Origin: a virus | Reading direction: 5' to 3' (one strand) | Length of the DNA stretch: 64,000 nucleotides | Virus record (IMG/VR): IMGVR_UViG_3300049846_002100 | Span: 24,942-88,941 of that record | Shown: positions 19,278-28,370 of the stretch, one piece after another | Layout: the number at the start of each line of letters is the position of its first letter | Numbering within the stretch: the first letter of the stretch is position 1 | Position numbers and translations under genes: made by a program | Notes under the pieces: model-generated | Told to the model about the DNA's origin: nothing | Database searches by the model: none | Seen by the model: the letters and a program-made list of their open reading frames with translations, nothing else

Positions 19278-19279
19278 CC

Positions 19280-19696
19280 TCAGCTCTCTGACTTCTCGGA
19301 CTCCGCCACGAGAGCCTCGAAAACGTCGAGGCTCTCGTGCGTTTCAGTAACCTCGGGCTTCGGCTCCGTCTTGGGCTCGACCTTCGGTTCCACCTTCTCG
19401 GCTTTGGCCTTCTCCGCCTTGCCCTTCTTCGTCTTGGGAGCTTCGACAACCGGCTCGGCCTTCTTGGCCTTGGGGGCCTCGCCGGAGCGCACCTTTTCGA
19501 CCTTGTCGATCAGGGCTAGGAGATGCGACGGGGAAAACGCTGCAACGTCGGCCGACACATCCTCTCCTGCTTCCTCCGCGAGTGCCGAGACATAGTGCTC
19601 CGAACGAGCGACTTCGTACCCGTGCGCTTGCGCAAAGAGGCAGCGGCTCTTCAGGTCAGCCAAATCAGCGGAATCGAGCGGCATCGTCTTCTCCAT
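19280..19696 (-). CDS. Hypothetical protein with a K/E/P-rich tail
   Basis: 138 aa; KVEP/KTEP repeats. Confidence 0.6.
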   Translation of the reverse strand: MEKTMPLDSADLADLKSRCLFAQAHGYEVARSEHYVSALAEEAGEDVSADVAAFSPSHLLALIDKVEKVRSGEAPKAKKAEPVVEAPKTKKGKAEKAKAEKVEPKVEPKTEPKPEVTETHESLDVFEALVAESEKSES

Positions 19697-19748
19697 GCTA
19701 GGTTGCAGGGTATCCGACGTACGCCGCTCGATAAAAGGGTTCTGCGCT

Positions 19749-20495
19749 TCAGCGCACCGAACCTAGCAGAGGTTCGTACCCGACATGACGAGTAGGCGAA
19801 GGCAGATCCGCCGGCACGCTTTCGACCTCGGGTATCCCACCCGCATCGAGCGGAATGAGCGAGAGCGCAGTAGCGTCTTGCATCGGGACGGGGTGGTCCT
19901 TGTACCAACGCTTCGCCAAGACGAAGCGATTCGTGGACTCCTTCACCCCGCGACCACACGAGCCTGACGCGTACACACGAAGCCGTTCGGACTCGGGTAG
20001 AGGACCACACGCGTTGAAGGACATCTTCGCGATGCGTAGACCAGCCGTGAGGCACTTCTTCCGGTCCTGGAGAAGCTCTTGCCCTGTCCACCCGATCTCG
20101 ACCTCGTTCGGGGGATCCTTGTCGATAGCGAACCGCTGCTTGACCTTGTTCCACGGCCACGTGCGGCCGGATCCGGTCTGGATCTGCATGAGACAAAAGC
20201 TACGACCGTGGTCGCCACGACCGGCAGCGATTCCGAAGTCCACGTCGCGTCGAAAGTCCGACTCGAACCGCATCATGCTCAGCACGAGAGCTGCGGTTTT
20301 GGCGCGCCCGTCGGGGCCAGCGAAGAGTGGTTTCGTCTCTGGTGCGTAAACGACATCCACGAGATCGCGGGCAATCGATTCATAGCGAGCCAATGCCCCC
20401 TCCTTCGTCTCTCGATCACCTTCCGCGAAATGCCTCCGATCCGGGGGCGCCACCGCGACGATGAAAGAGAGGACCCAAGCGATGATAGGTTCCAC
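19749..20495 (-). CDS. Secreted or membrane-anchored lysozyme/transglycosylase-like protein
   Basis: Hydrophobic N-terminus; MRFESDFRRDV...GDHGRSFCLMQI catalytic Glu and GLMQ-like motifs; GAGGAGG SD. Confidence 0.7.
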   Translation of the reverse strand: MEPIIAWVLSFIVAVAPPDRRHFAEGDRETKEGALARYESIARDLVDVVYAPETKPLFAGPDGRAKTAALVLSMMRFESDFRRDVDFGIAAGRGDHGRSFCLMQIQTGSGRTWPWNKVKQRFAIDKDPPNEVEIGWTGQELLQDRKKCLTAGLRIAKMSFNACGPLPESERLRVYASGSCGRGVKESTNRFVLAKRWYKDHPVPMQDATALSLIPLDAGGIPEVESVPADLPSPTRHVGYEPLLGSVR

Positions 20496-20795
20496 GCGTA
20501 CCTCCTCGATCAGTTCGGCTCTCGGGTACTAAGAGCCGAGGTTCCCCCTGGCAGTTCAGAGGGTGTTAGTGTTGGTCATGAGACGTGCCTCATGTGGTGG
20601 TGGGGCGTCGCTTCTAACCGGAACGTCGGCCAACAGGCAAAGAAAAAATGCCTACCGCCTGGACACGAGGGGTCAACCACAGGTCACAACCCCTGGAATT
20701 TGGGCGCGTAGTCTATGGTTCAGAAACTAGCGGCATGCGTCTTGCTGTCCGCTTCCTCGTGTCCCAGCTCATCGCGTTGGTGTACATGACCGCCC

Positions 20796-21269
20796 GTGGG
20801 CCAATTCGTTCTTTCGTTCGAGGTCGTGAAGCGCATGCACGAGATGGTCTATGGCGATCCGCCACAGGCAGAGCATCTTCGTCTCTACGAAGCTTTCCCC
20901 GAGCACCGGGGCTTCTCGGATCAATCCGAGAGCGTGCCGCGCTTTGAAGCTGCGCTTCACTTGGCGCTACTTCAGACGATTCCCCCAGAGGGAACGCAGG
21001 GCACGTTTCGACGCTCGTATCTGCTCCTGCCGCGTACCCACCAAACGTGGGCGCTAGGGCAAGTGAAGTCGATCGCAGAGCGTATGTTCGCCGGGTTCAA
21101 GACCAGGCGTCAGATCCCTCTAGCGAAGAGCATAGGGAAGTGCTTCGAGCACATGGTTACAGGACATCACGTACTCCAGATGCACGGTGAGCCAGAGGCG
21201 TGGGTCGCCTTCGGGTTCACGCTGTCGGATCCGCTACCTTCGTGGCTCGGAAAGAAACTCTTGCGGTAG
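20796..21269 (+). CDS. Hypothetical protein
   Basis: 157 aa ORF with GGTGTA at 20779. Confidence 0.55.
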   Translation: MGQFVLSFEVVKRMHEMVYGDPPQAEHLRLYEAFPEHRGFSDQSESVPRFEAALHLALLQTIPPEGTQGTFRRSYLLLPRTHQTWALGQVKSIAERMFAGFKTRRQIPLAKSIGKCFEHMVTGHHVLQMHGEPEAWVAFGFTLSDPLPSWLGKKLLR

Positions 21270-21303
21270 CAAACGGTGTAGGAGCCCACTAGACTCGCGA
21301 ACC

Positions 21304-22203
21304 ATGGGTTCTTCTCACGATTCCGCTGTATTCCGCTGCCGGCGGCCGCTCGATCCAATCGAGGAGGACGACGACCCTCCGGCAAGTCAGAAGCACATAG
21401 TGCCCACAAAACTGCGGGAATGGGTTCAAGACCTCGACGAAACAGATCGCCCGGTTGCGCAAACTCTCCCCGGCGATCCGAGCCAACAAACGCGTCTGAT
21501 CCAAGCGCTCCTGGCTGACGTATCACCGCATGTAGTGTTGGCGGCACCCGACATCGGGGTTGAAGCGTTGACGGAGCGGTTGAAGCATCTACCCGTGCCG
21601 GGCGGGGAAGCACTCGGGTTACCCGTCGATCTCCCGTGGCAGCTCTTCTGGGCGCTCGTGTTCACGAACCCTTTGGTCGTGCCGGAGCCACTGCGAACGC
21701 ACGTGGACAACTCGTTCATGCTGGCGGCGGAGCTTCACAAGGTTCTGTGGGAAGCGCGCTTTCTTGTTCGTGAGGGTACTACCACCGCCGAGTTGCAGCG
21801 GTTTGGTGGCGCCGTGATGTCATGGGCGACCGGGGCCAAACTAACACCAGACGAGAAGCGATGGCTAGCCCCCTTCGCGCTGGTGCACGAAGTGCAGTTC
21901 CCCGACGAGAGAATGGATGCCCTCGGGTTTTTCCTTACCCTCTGCCGCCAGAATGAGCTACTGGAACGAGCCTTCGTTGTTGTCCGGGGGCTCGAAGAAG
22001 CCGTGCGGAGGCGAGACCGTGGCGCCATCCGCGGCCTCTCATTCATGCTCTCGAACGCCAAACGGTGGGCCCACCTCGGCGACTACCCCCTCGCGTTCAT
22101 CATCCCGTTCAACGCAGACGTTTGGGGCTCGCGTCTCCGGCGTATAGATGCCTCATTGCACGAAATTGTAGCTGAAGGTCTCGTCTGGACAGAGAGCGAC
22201 TGA
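21304..22203 (+). CDS. Hypothetical protein
   Basis: Long ORF; ATG 21304 follows GGTGTA at 21275. Confidence 0.65.
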   Translation: MGSSHDSAVFRCRRPLDPIEEDDDPPASQKHIVPTKLREWVQDLDETDRPVAQTLPGDPSQQTRLIQALLADVSPHVVLAAPDIGVEALTERLKHLPVPGGEALGLPVDLPWQLFWALVFTNPLVVPEPLRTHVDNSFMLAAELHKVLWEARFLVREGTTTAELQRFGGAVMSWATGAKLTPDEKRWLAPFALVHEVQFPDERMDALGFFLTLCRQNELLERAFVVVRGLEEAVRRRDRGAIRGLSFMLSNAKRWAHLGDYPLAFIIPFNADVWGSRLRRIDASLHEIVAEGLVWTESD

Positions 22204-22204
22204 G

Positions 22205-22708
22205 ATGAGTTCTGCCGTCGAAGACGTTGACATGGATGACACCGCAGCGGAGTTTCCGGGCCGTCGGTACGATCTGAAGTGCCCCGACTGCGGCGGTTCT
22301 TTGATGATGCGTCGGTCCAGCAAGTTCGGACGGCCGTTCTATGGATGCACGAAATTCCCAGAGTGCCGTGGCTGCCATGGCGCTCATTTCGACGGCTCTC
22401 CGTTGGGCACCCCCGGAGACCGCGCTACTCGTGAGGCCCGGAAGCGAGTACACGAGCTTTTCGACAAGGTGTGGAAGAACCGCCTCGTCCATGACCGAAA
22501 GACCGCATACAGATGGCTCACGAAGGCCCTTGGGCTCTCGGTTGAGATGGTCCACATCGCGCGGTTGACGACCGAGCAGTGCTCGGAGCTTCACGGCAAA
22601 GTGCTCAAGCAATGGCCTCAGCTACGAACAGTGTGGGACCGCCTGCTGAAGGATGATGTTCTCGATGAGCTGATCCTCAACATCGACGACCCAAACGACT
22701 ACCACTGA
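22205..22708 (+). CDS. Zinc-finger protein (topoisomerase C4 zinc ribbon plus DUF3268-like)
   Basis: CPDCG...FYGCTKFPECRG.HGAH.DG.PLG...RKRVHELFD..W...AYRWL...HIA. Confidence 0.75.
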   Translation: MSSAVEDVDMDDTAAEFPGRRYDLKCPDCGGSLMMRRSSKFGRPFYGCTKFPECRGCHGAHFDGSPLGTPGDRATREARKRVHELFDKVWKNRLVHDRKTAYRWLTKALGLSVEMVHIARLTTEQCSELHGKVLKQWPQLRTVWDRLLKDDVLDELILNIDDPNDYH

Positions 22709-22733
22709 CAAGTCCTTCTATCGACAATCTTGG

Positions 22734-23255
22734 TTGATGGTCGAGGTCTTCCGCACACGAGACGTAGTCGTCTTCATGAAGGGTGACGCCTACCCCGTCG
22801 CGCTGAACGCAACCCTTCTCGCTCAGGGATGGGCCGGCGGCCAAGGCGTGCAGTGGGTGGACTCACCGCACGATGAGTTCTTGGTCGGGCGTTCAACCGG
22901 ACATTACGGGGGCTTCCTGCTTTGGGGGTCCGATGAGGATTCGGACCGCCTGACCACGATCACACAATACCAAGTGGCCTCAGGCCATGGTGTTCTCGGT
23001 GTAGGTGGGTGGGTGATCTCTACGCGGACGTACGAAAAGTACACTTGGGCGTCCCGTCAAGCGGGGCCTCTCGTCGAGAACGTGTTCACGCCGGGACAGA
23101 GACTCGTCTTCAGCCTCCGGGGGTTATGGACCCCCGAGGACGAGTGGACTCTCGCTGGCGACGCTAGAGCCCCGAACGGGTTTTTCATCGCGAACGTTGT
23201 AAAAGCCCCCTCAGCCGAAACGAACGGATTCGTCACGCTTCAGACGAGCATCTAG
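22734..23255 (+). CDS. Hypothetical beta-rich protein, possibly virion-associated
   Basis: 173 aa, G/W-rich; preceded by AGTCCTTCTATCG. Confidence 0.6.
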   Translation: MMVEVFRTRDVVVFMKGDAYPVALNATLLAQGWAGGQGVQWVDSPHDEFLVGRSTGHYGGFLLWGSDEDSDRLTTITQYQVASGHGVLGVGGWVISTRTYEKYTWASRQAGPLVENVFTPGQRLVFSLRGLWTPEDEWTLAGDARAPNGFFIANVVKAPSAETNGFVTLQTSI

Positions 23256-23698
23256 TTGTCGGCGATCCGCCTCGCTTGCGCCAAGCCGCGGGCGAACTCG
23301 ATGAGGCTGTGCACCTCGGCCTCAAGGTTACGCATCGCGATGTCGGCCATGAACTTGTCGTGCTCTGTGGCTTCCTCGTCGGTTGCCTTCCGACGAAGAC
23401 GCTCACAGTGCAGGTCCGCTTTCCCCACGCGAAGCATGAGCATCTCGATCGTTTGGGACAGCATGTCACGGATCTCTCCGTCTTGCTGTTGACCGTGACT
23501 GACGAAGTTCACGTTCGGGTGTGCCCGTGCAATCGCCTCCCAAAAGGCTTTGGCGGCCTCATCGGGCTGGTAGTCTCCTTCGTACAGAACGACGCCATCG
23601 GGCCGGATACGTACGGTGAACTGTCCCTTCACGCCAAAGACGACCTCCCCTTCGGCCGCCTGGAGAGTCGGCTCCGTCTCTTCCTTCTCGGACATCAC
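23252..23698 (-). CDS. Hypothetical protein
   Basis: 148 aa ORF directly downstream of the PLD gene. Confidence 0.6.
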   Translation of the reverse strand: MMSEKEETEPTLQAAEGEVVFGVKGQFTVRIRPDGVVLYEGDYQPDEAAKAFWEAIARAHPNVNFVSHGQQQDGEIRDMLSQTIEMLMLRVGKADLHCERLRRKATDEEATEHDKFMADIAMRNLEAEVHSLIEFARGLAQARRIADN

Positions 23699-23707
23699 AC
23701 CAACTCC

Positions 23708-24301
23708 TTAACGCTTCGCCGGCGTCGCGTGGTCCTTATGGGTTTCCCAGTTGCTTGTGTATGAAGTAGCGAGGTCACTGTTGTCCCAGACAAACACGCA
23801 GTTTTCCCCGTTGCGCTTTTGCGCTGCCGCCGTGTAGTTGAACGAACCCGTCTCGACGTGCTTGCCATCTACGATGATGACCTTGTCATGGGCGATAGCA
23901 TGTTTGGCGTCGATCAACGTAGGGACCTTGCCAGCAAGAAGCACAGGTAGCTTCGAATACTGGTCCTCCACGTTGCTTCGGTCGAGGATGACCTGAACGT
24001 CGATCTCGTTCGCCTTCGCTTGCACGAGCGCTTGGGCAACAGGCTCAGATGTGAACCCGTACGCCTGAAGACGGATGCTCGTCCGAGCTGAGCCAATGAA
24101 TGCCACGATCAAATCGGTACATGCCGGGCGGTCTTCTGTCGCCGGGGAGAATGCCACCTCGATCTTCGGCTTCGGGCAAACAGGCGCCGGAGGAGGCGAT
24201 GTTGCCGCTGTCGGTCGGGTTGCCGATACGGTCGGGACTGGCGCCCCCCGCAGACATCCGGAGAGCGCGAACGCGAAAAGGGCGGTATACTTTAGGGTCA
24301 T
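23708..24301 (-). CDS. Phospholipase D-family (Nuc-like) nuclease, predicted lipoprotein
   Basis: Single HKD motif HDKVIIVD...GSFNYT; signal peptide MTLKYTALFAFALSGC with a lipobox. Confidence 0.85.
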   Translation of the reverse strand: MTLKYTALFAFALSGCLRGAPVPTVSATRPTAATSPPPAPVCPKPKIEVAFSPATEDRPACTDLIVAFIGSARTSIRLQAYGFTSEPVAQALVQAKANEIDVQVILDRSNVEDQYSKLPVLLAGKVPTLIDAKHAIAHDKVIIVDGKHVETGSFNYTAAAQKRNGENCVFVWDNSDLATSYTSNWETHKDHATPAKR

Positions 24302-25400
24302 GTTCAACTGGTCCGATGTTTACAAGGGTAACCTAGAATGGCTTCCCGAACGCACGATTTACATCACTCGACACGGGTCACACGCGTACGGGACCAATAC
24401 ACCGACGAGTGATCTTGACCTTCGCGGGATCGTGATCGCACCGAAGCCCTACTACCACGGGTTCATGCAGAAATTCGAGGGCTGCGTTCAGAAGCCCCCT
24501 CAGCCCGACTTCGCCACGTTCGAGATCCGCAAGTTCTTCAACCTCGCGGCCGACTGCAACCCCAACGTGTTGGAGCTGCTCTACACGGACCCGAGCGACC
24601 ACCTCCTCGTCACCCCGGTGATGGAGCGGCTCTTCGCTTTTCGGGACATGTTCCTGTCCCGAAAAGCGAAGCACACGTTCTCCGGCTACGCCATGTCGCA
24701 GTTGAAGCGGATCCAAGGCCACTACCGCTGGCTGAAGGATCCCCCGAAGGCCCCTCCGAAGCGCGAGGACTTCGGACTTCCCAACGAGACACTCATCCCG
24801 GCGGATCAACGCGCTGCCGCGGAAGCCTCCATCAGGGACAAAGTCAACTCATGGGAGCTGGACTGGCTCGAACCCTTCGACCCCGACGAGCGCATTTTCA
24901 TCCAGGAGCAGTTCGCGCGCCGACTAACAGAGATCACGATGTGGTCCGACGACGAGGCCGACGAGAAGGTCTGGCTCTCTGCGGCCCGATCGATCGGCCT
25001 CGACGACAACTTCATCCTGCTCATGCAGCGCGAGCGGCAGTACACGGGGAAGCAGCGTGAGTGGGAGCAGTTCCAGAAATGGAAGAAAGAGCGGAACGAA
25101 GACCGAGCCATCCTTGAAGCCAAGTTCGGGTACGACACGAAGCACGCGACGCACCTCGTTCGGCTCATGCGTATGTGCCGTGAGATCCTCATTGAGGGCA
25201 AGGTCTACGTGCGCCGTCCCGACGCTGAGGAGTTGCTCGCCGTTCGTGCCGGACGATGGACCTACGAAGAGTTGTTGATCTGGGCAAAGCGTCAGGACGA
25301 ACTTCTCACCGAGGCCATGAAAGTCAGCATCCTCCCCAAGGAGCCGAACCGCGCCTCCCTCGATGCTATCTGTATCCAGCTCGTGGAGATGATGCTCTAG
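24300..25400 (+). CDS. DNA polymerase beta-superfamily nucleotidyltransferase (YcgL/RlaP-like)
   Basis: HGSHAYGTNTPTSDLDLRG, NPNVLELL, GYDTKHATHLVRL. Confidence 0.85.
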   Translation: MFNWSDVYKGNLEWLPERTIYITRHGSHAYGTNTPTSDLDLRGIVIAPKPYYHGFMQKFEGCVQKPPQPDFATFEIRKFFNLAADCNPNVLELLYTDPSDHLLVTPVMERLFAFRDMFLSRKAKHTFSGYAMSQLKRIQGHYRWLKDPPKAPPKREDFGLPNETLIPADQRAAAEASIRDKVNSWELDWLEPFDPDERIFIQEQFARRLTEITMWSDDEADEKVWLSAARSIGLDDNFILLMQRERQYTGKQREWEQFQKWKKERNEDRAILEAKFGYDTKHATHLVRLMRMCREILIEGKVYVRRPDAEELLAVRAGRWTYEELLIWAKRQDELLTEAMKVSILPKEPNRASLDAICIQLVEMML

Positions 25401-25633
25401 TCGGCCACGCGGAGCGCGTACTGCATGCGCTCTGCGATACCGGCCATCGCTGTCGAGGTAGCGTCGAGGACATCCTCCACGCTACCTTCAGAGGACTCAT
25501 AGAGGATCACGTCCCCTACGCTGACCATGCAGATCCAGCCCGCTCCGGGGACTTCAGAAGCGCCCCGGAACGCTACCTCGCCCTTCGGATAGAGAGCACG
25601 AACCGCATCTAATAGCCGGTGGAGCTTTCCCAT
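25397..25633 (-). CDS. Small hypothetical protein
   Basis: Short ORF convergent with the nucleotidyltransferase gene. Confidence 0.5.
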   Translation of the reverse strand: MGKLHRLLDAVRALYPKGEVAFRGASEVPGAGWICMVSVGDVILYESSEGSVEDVLDATSTAMAGIAERMQYALRVAD

Positions 25634-25716
25634 CCTGCCCTTCCCGGACCACAAGTGATTTTCTTGCGGCACCCCACCCTCAGCTTAGAGGGTCTGTTGT
25701 GTAGGAAGAGCTTCGT

Positions 25717-26499
25717 TTAGGCTTCAGGCTCTCCCGCAGTGATCGTGGCCTTGGGAATCGTTACAGTGTTCCAACGGTCGGCGAGGACGCGCCAGAGACG
25801 CGGCCCCACGATCCATGAGATAAACATGTGGTCCGAGCCCGTGGTGCCCCCATAGTCGAGCCGATACAACTGGCCCGCGCGCTCCCACTCTTTCAGTGGA
25901 TCTTTGTCCCACTTTTTCGTCGCGGGCGGCGATCCGGCGCGAACCCTGATTCCCTCGGCCGGGAACTCCGGGTTCGCGAGGTGCTCGGTCAGGTCAAGCT
26001 CAAGAACAGCTCCGGCCGCCGCCATCGCGTCCTTAAAGACCTTCGTGTTTGTGGTCGTAGTGGACACGAACGGTGGGACGATGTTCGTGTGGGCCATGGC
26101 CATGAGCGCCTCACCTTTGGCCGCTCGCGTCGCGTAGGAGGTCCAGCGCGTCAACTCCGACGTGTGGATCCCATCCTCGACCAAGTAGGCATCGAGGCGG
26201 TCGCGCTCCTTCTGTGACCCAAGGATACCGTGCCCGAACTGCCATCCGGCACTGAAGGTGACAAGGGCTCTGCGGCCGATCTCGATGTCCTTGTTGGCGG
26301 GAGACAGTTGACGGAGAGCGGCCCGAAACACGTCCCCCGTGGCGGTCCACTCACGTCCGTAACGGATGAAGTCGCCTCCCGATCCCGGGACAACCAGGAC
26401 AAGAGGCTCGTCCCTGAACAGTTCTTTGGCCATCTTGGTGCAAGGAACCATCGAGGAGCACGCAAATGCTGTGATCACCACATCTCGGGCCATGCCCAT
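25717..26499 (-). CDS. Hypothetical alpha/beta-hydrolase-like protein
   Basis: LVTFSAGW nucleophile-elbow-like motif, DGIH, C-terminal SDH. Confidence 0.5.
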   Translation of the reverse strand: MGMARDVVITAFACSSMVPCTKMAKELFRDEPLVLVVPGSGGDFIRYGREWTATGDVFRAALRQLSPANKDIEIGRRALVTFSAGWQFGHGILGSQKERDRLDAYLVEDGIHTSELTRWTSYATRAAKGEALMAMAHTNIVPPFVSTTTTNTKVFKDAMAAAGAVLELDLTEHLANPEFPAEGIRVRAGSPPATKKWDKDPLKEWERAGQLYRLDYGGTTGSDHMFISWIVGPRLWRVLADRWNTVTIPKATITAGEPEA

Positions 26500-26555
26500 G
26501 ATCTTTCTTTAGAGCTTCCTCGATTGGAGCGGACAGGGAGAGGAAGCGTACCGGA

Positions 26556-27425
26556 ATGGCGTTCGTCGGCTTGAAAGTACCCGCGGATACGGCACGGCTG
26601 TTGGCGAGCGTCGACGCCGCGGAGCGTTTCGGAAGCCCGGAGCCCCGCGACAATTACCACATCACGATCCTGAACTTAGGGGACGATCTCCCGGTCGATG
26701 TACTCGGGAAGGCCGTCGAGCCCCTTGTGGAAGTGGCGTCGAGAACGAAGCCCTTCGCCTTACAAACCAGCCACGTCACTACGTTTCTACCGCACCCTGA
26801 GAAGCGCACCGTTCCGATCATCGCCTTGATCGACTCCGAGCCCCTGTTGAGCCTCCACGGACGCCTCTGCAAGGCGTTCGACAAGGCCGGCATCCCGTAC
26901 TCGAAGAAGTTCCCCGAGTACAAGCCCCACATCACGCTCGGGTACAGCAAGGATCCGGCCGTAGCGGAGGTCGTGAACGTGCACATCCCGACCGTCTCAT
27001 GGGGCGCCGGGGAAGTCATCCTTTGGGGCGGCGACAAGGGAGACAACCGGCTGATCCTCACGGCGCCGTTCACGCTCGGCGTGTCCGCTGAGAACAAAGC
27101 GATGGCCAAGAAGGCATCGCTGGCGGCGTACGTGAAGCTCTCGATGCTGTCGAACGACGGCACCACGCCTCCGCCTCCCGTGGACGTAAAGACGTTGGAG
27201 GAGATGTTCCGGCCGAAGAGGGCGTCCCTCGTTGAGAAGGTATTGCTTCGGTACGCGACGAACCTGGCCACCACCTCCACCAAAGAGCCGAGCGACCCGA
27301 TCCTTTGGAAGCGTGCCATCGAAGAAGCGAAGTCGCGGTACAAGCGCTACCCGAGCGCCCATGCACACGGCTTCGCCACTCGCTGGTATGCCGACAACGG
27401 CGGCAAGTGGGACAAGAAGGGCTAG
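26556..27425 (+). CDS. 2H phosphoesterase (Acb1/ThpR-like) with an extra C-terminal domain
   Basis: Two HxT motifs (YHITIL, YKPHITLGY); C-terminal YPSAHAHGFATRWYADNGGKW module. Confidence 0.8.
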   Translation: MAFVGLKVPADTARLLASVDAAERFGSPEPRDNYHITILNLGDDLPVDVLGKAVEPLVEVASRTKPFALQTSHVTTFLPHPEKRTVPIIALIDSEPLLSLHGRLCKAFDKAGIPYSKKFPEYKPHITLGYSKDPAVAEVVNVHIPTVSWGAGEVILWGGDKGDNRLILTAPFTLGVSAENKAMAKKASLAAYVKLSMLSNDGTTPPPPVDVKTLEEMFRPKRASLVEKVLLRYATNLATTSTKEPSDPILWKRAIEEAKSRYKRYPSAHAHGFATRWYADNGGKWDKKG

Positions 27426-27431
27426 GCCCGA

Positions 27432-28271
27432 TCATCCCTCGACGAGGCGGATCGTCCAAAAGTCGTCCGCAAGGTGGGGGTTCGTGACGTACTCATATGG
27501 CATCGAAAAGTAGCCGCCTTGGCCCCAATCGCTCCCCCATGAGTTGCGGACGAGAAACCGTCGACGTGAATCGTCGTAGCCGACGAGCATGACGGCGTGA
27601 CCACCGAGCGACTTCTCCTCGGGTCGGGGAAGGTTCAGAACACCCGTACGAGTCACCGTATCGCCCTCAAAAGCATCGTAGACGGTGAACCCGAACACGA
27701 TGGGGTATCCCGAGGCAAGGCATGCCTTGAGCATCTCGACCTTCGTGTTGTCCAGGCGCTCGTACTTGAGCGCCTGGTGGTTCAGCGCTTCCTTGTAGGC
27801 AGTAGCGGACGGCTTCTTGGTAAACTTCGAGATGATGTAGGGCCACGTCTTCTCGGGGCAAACTCCGAGCTTCGCGATGACCTTGATACCGTCGCGGATC
27901 TCGGCCCCGGCATCTTCGCTGATCGTGCCCTCGACCTCACGCTCGTTGTAGTAGATGAACAACCGAGACGGCATGAAATCGGGCTTGAGCTGCTTCTTCA
28001 GCACGAACTCATACAAGGCTCCGATGGCGTTCGCCGTGCACGAACCCAACGACCCTTGGTCGTAGACCGGAGGACATCCCGGCCGGAGATCCACCTTGGC
28101 AGGCGTGCCTGCTTTGTGCGCCTCCGGAATCTCGTAATGATGGTCGCGGTAGTCCGGCGTATCTGGACGCCACCCGTACCATTCGATGTCGCGACCAGCG
28201 CGTTTCTCAGAGCAAAACAGCCCTAAGACCCATTCCCACACGGTGAAGAGCAGCTCGCGAACTTTGGACAT
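27432..28271 (-). CDS. Papain-like C1 cysteine protease
   Basis: DQGSLGSCTANA, GGHAVMLVGY, RNSWGSDWGQGGYF. Confidence 0.92.
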   Translation of the reverse strand: MSKVRELLFTVWEWVLGLFCSEKRAGRDIEWYGWRPDTPDYRDHHYEIPEAHKAGTPAKVDLRPGCPPVYDQGSLGSCTANAIGALYEFVLKKQLKPDFMPSRLFIYYNEREVEGTISEDAGAEIRDGIKVIAKLGVCPEKTWPYIISKFTKKPSATAYKEALNHQALKYERLDNTKVEMLKACLASGYPIVFGFTVYDAFEGDTVTRTGVLNLPRPEEKSLGGHAVMLVGYDDSRRRFLVRNSWGSDWGQGGYFSMPYEYVTNPHLADDFWTIRLVEG

Positions 28272-28370
28272 GGGGGCCTCCCATGTCCGGCTGCTAGAAA
28301 AGGGTTACGCCTGAGAGGTGTGGTCTACACGGTAAACCTTTTGTCGATTACCCATGTTTAGGTACGACCC

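Noticed and set aside
20496-20600. c-di-AMP (ydaO) riboswitch upstream of a wall hydrolase
   Set aside because: Only a GGGGGAACC fragment matches; the GGGGUGAA and AGCUAAC elements are missing.
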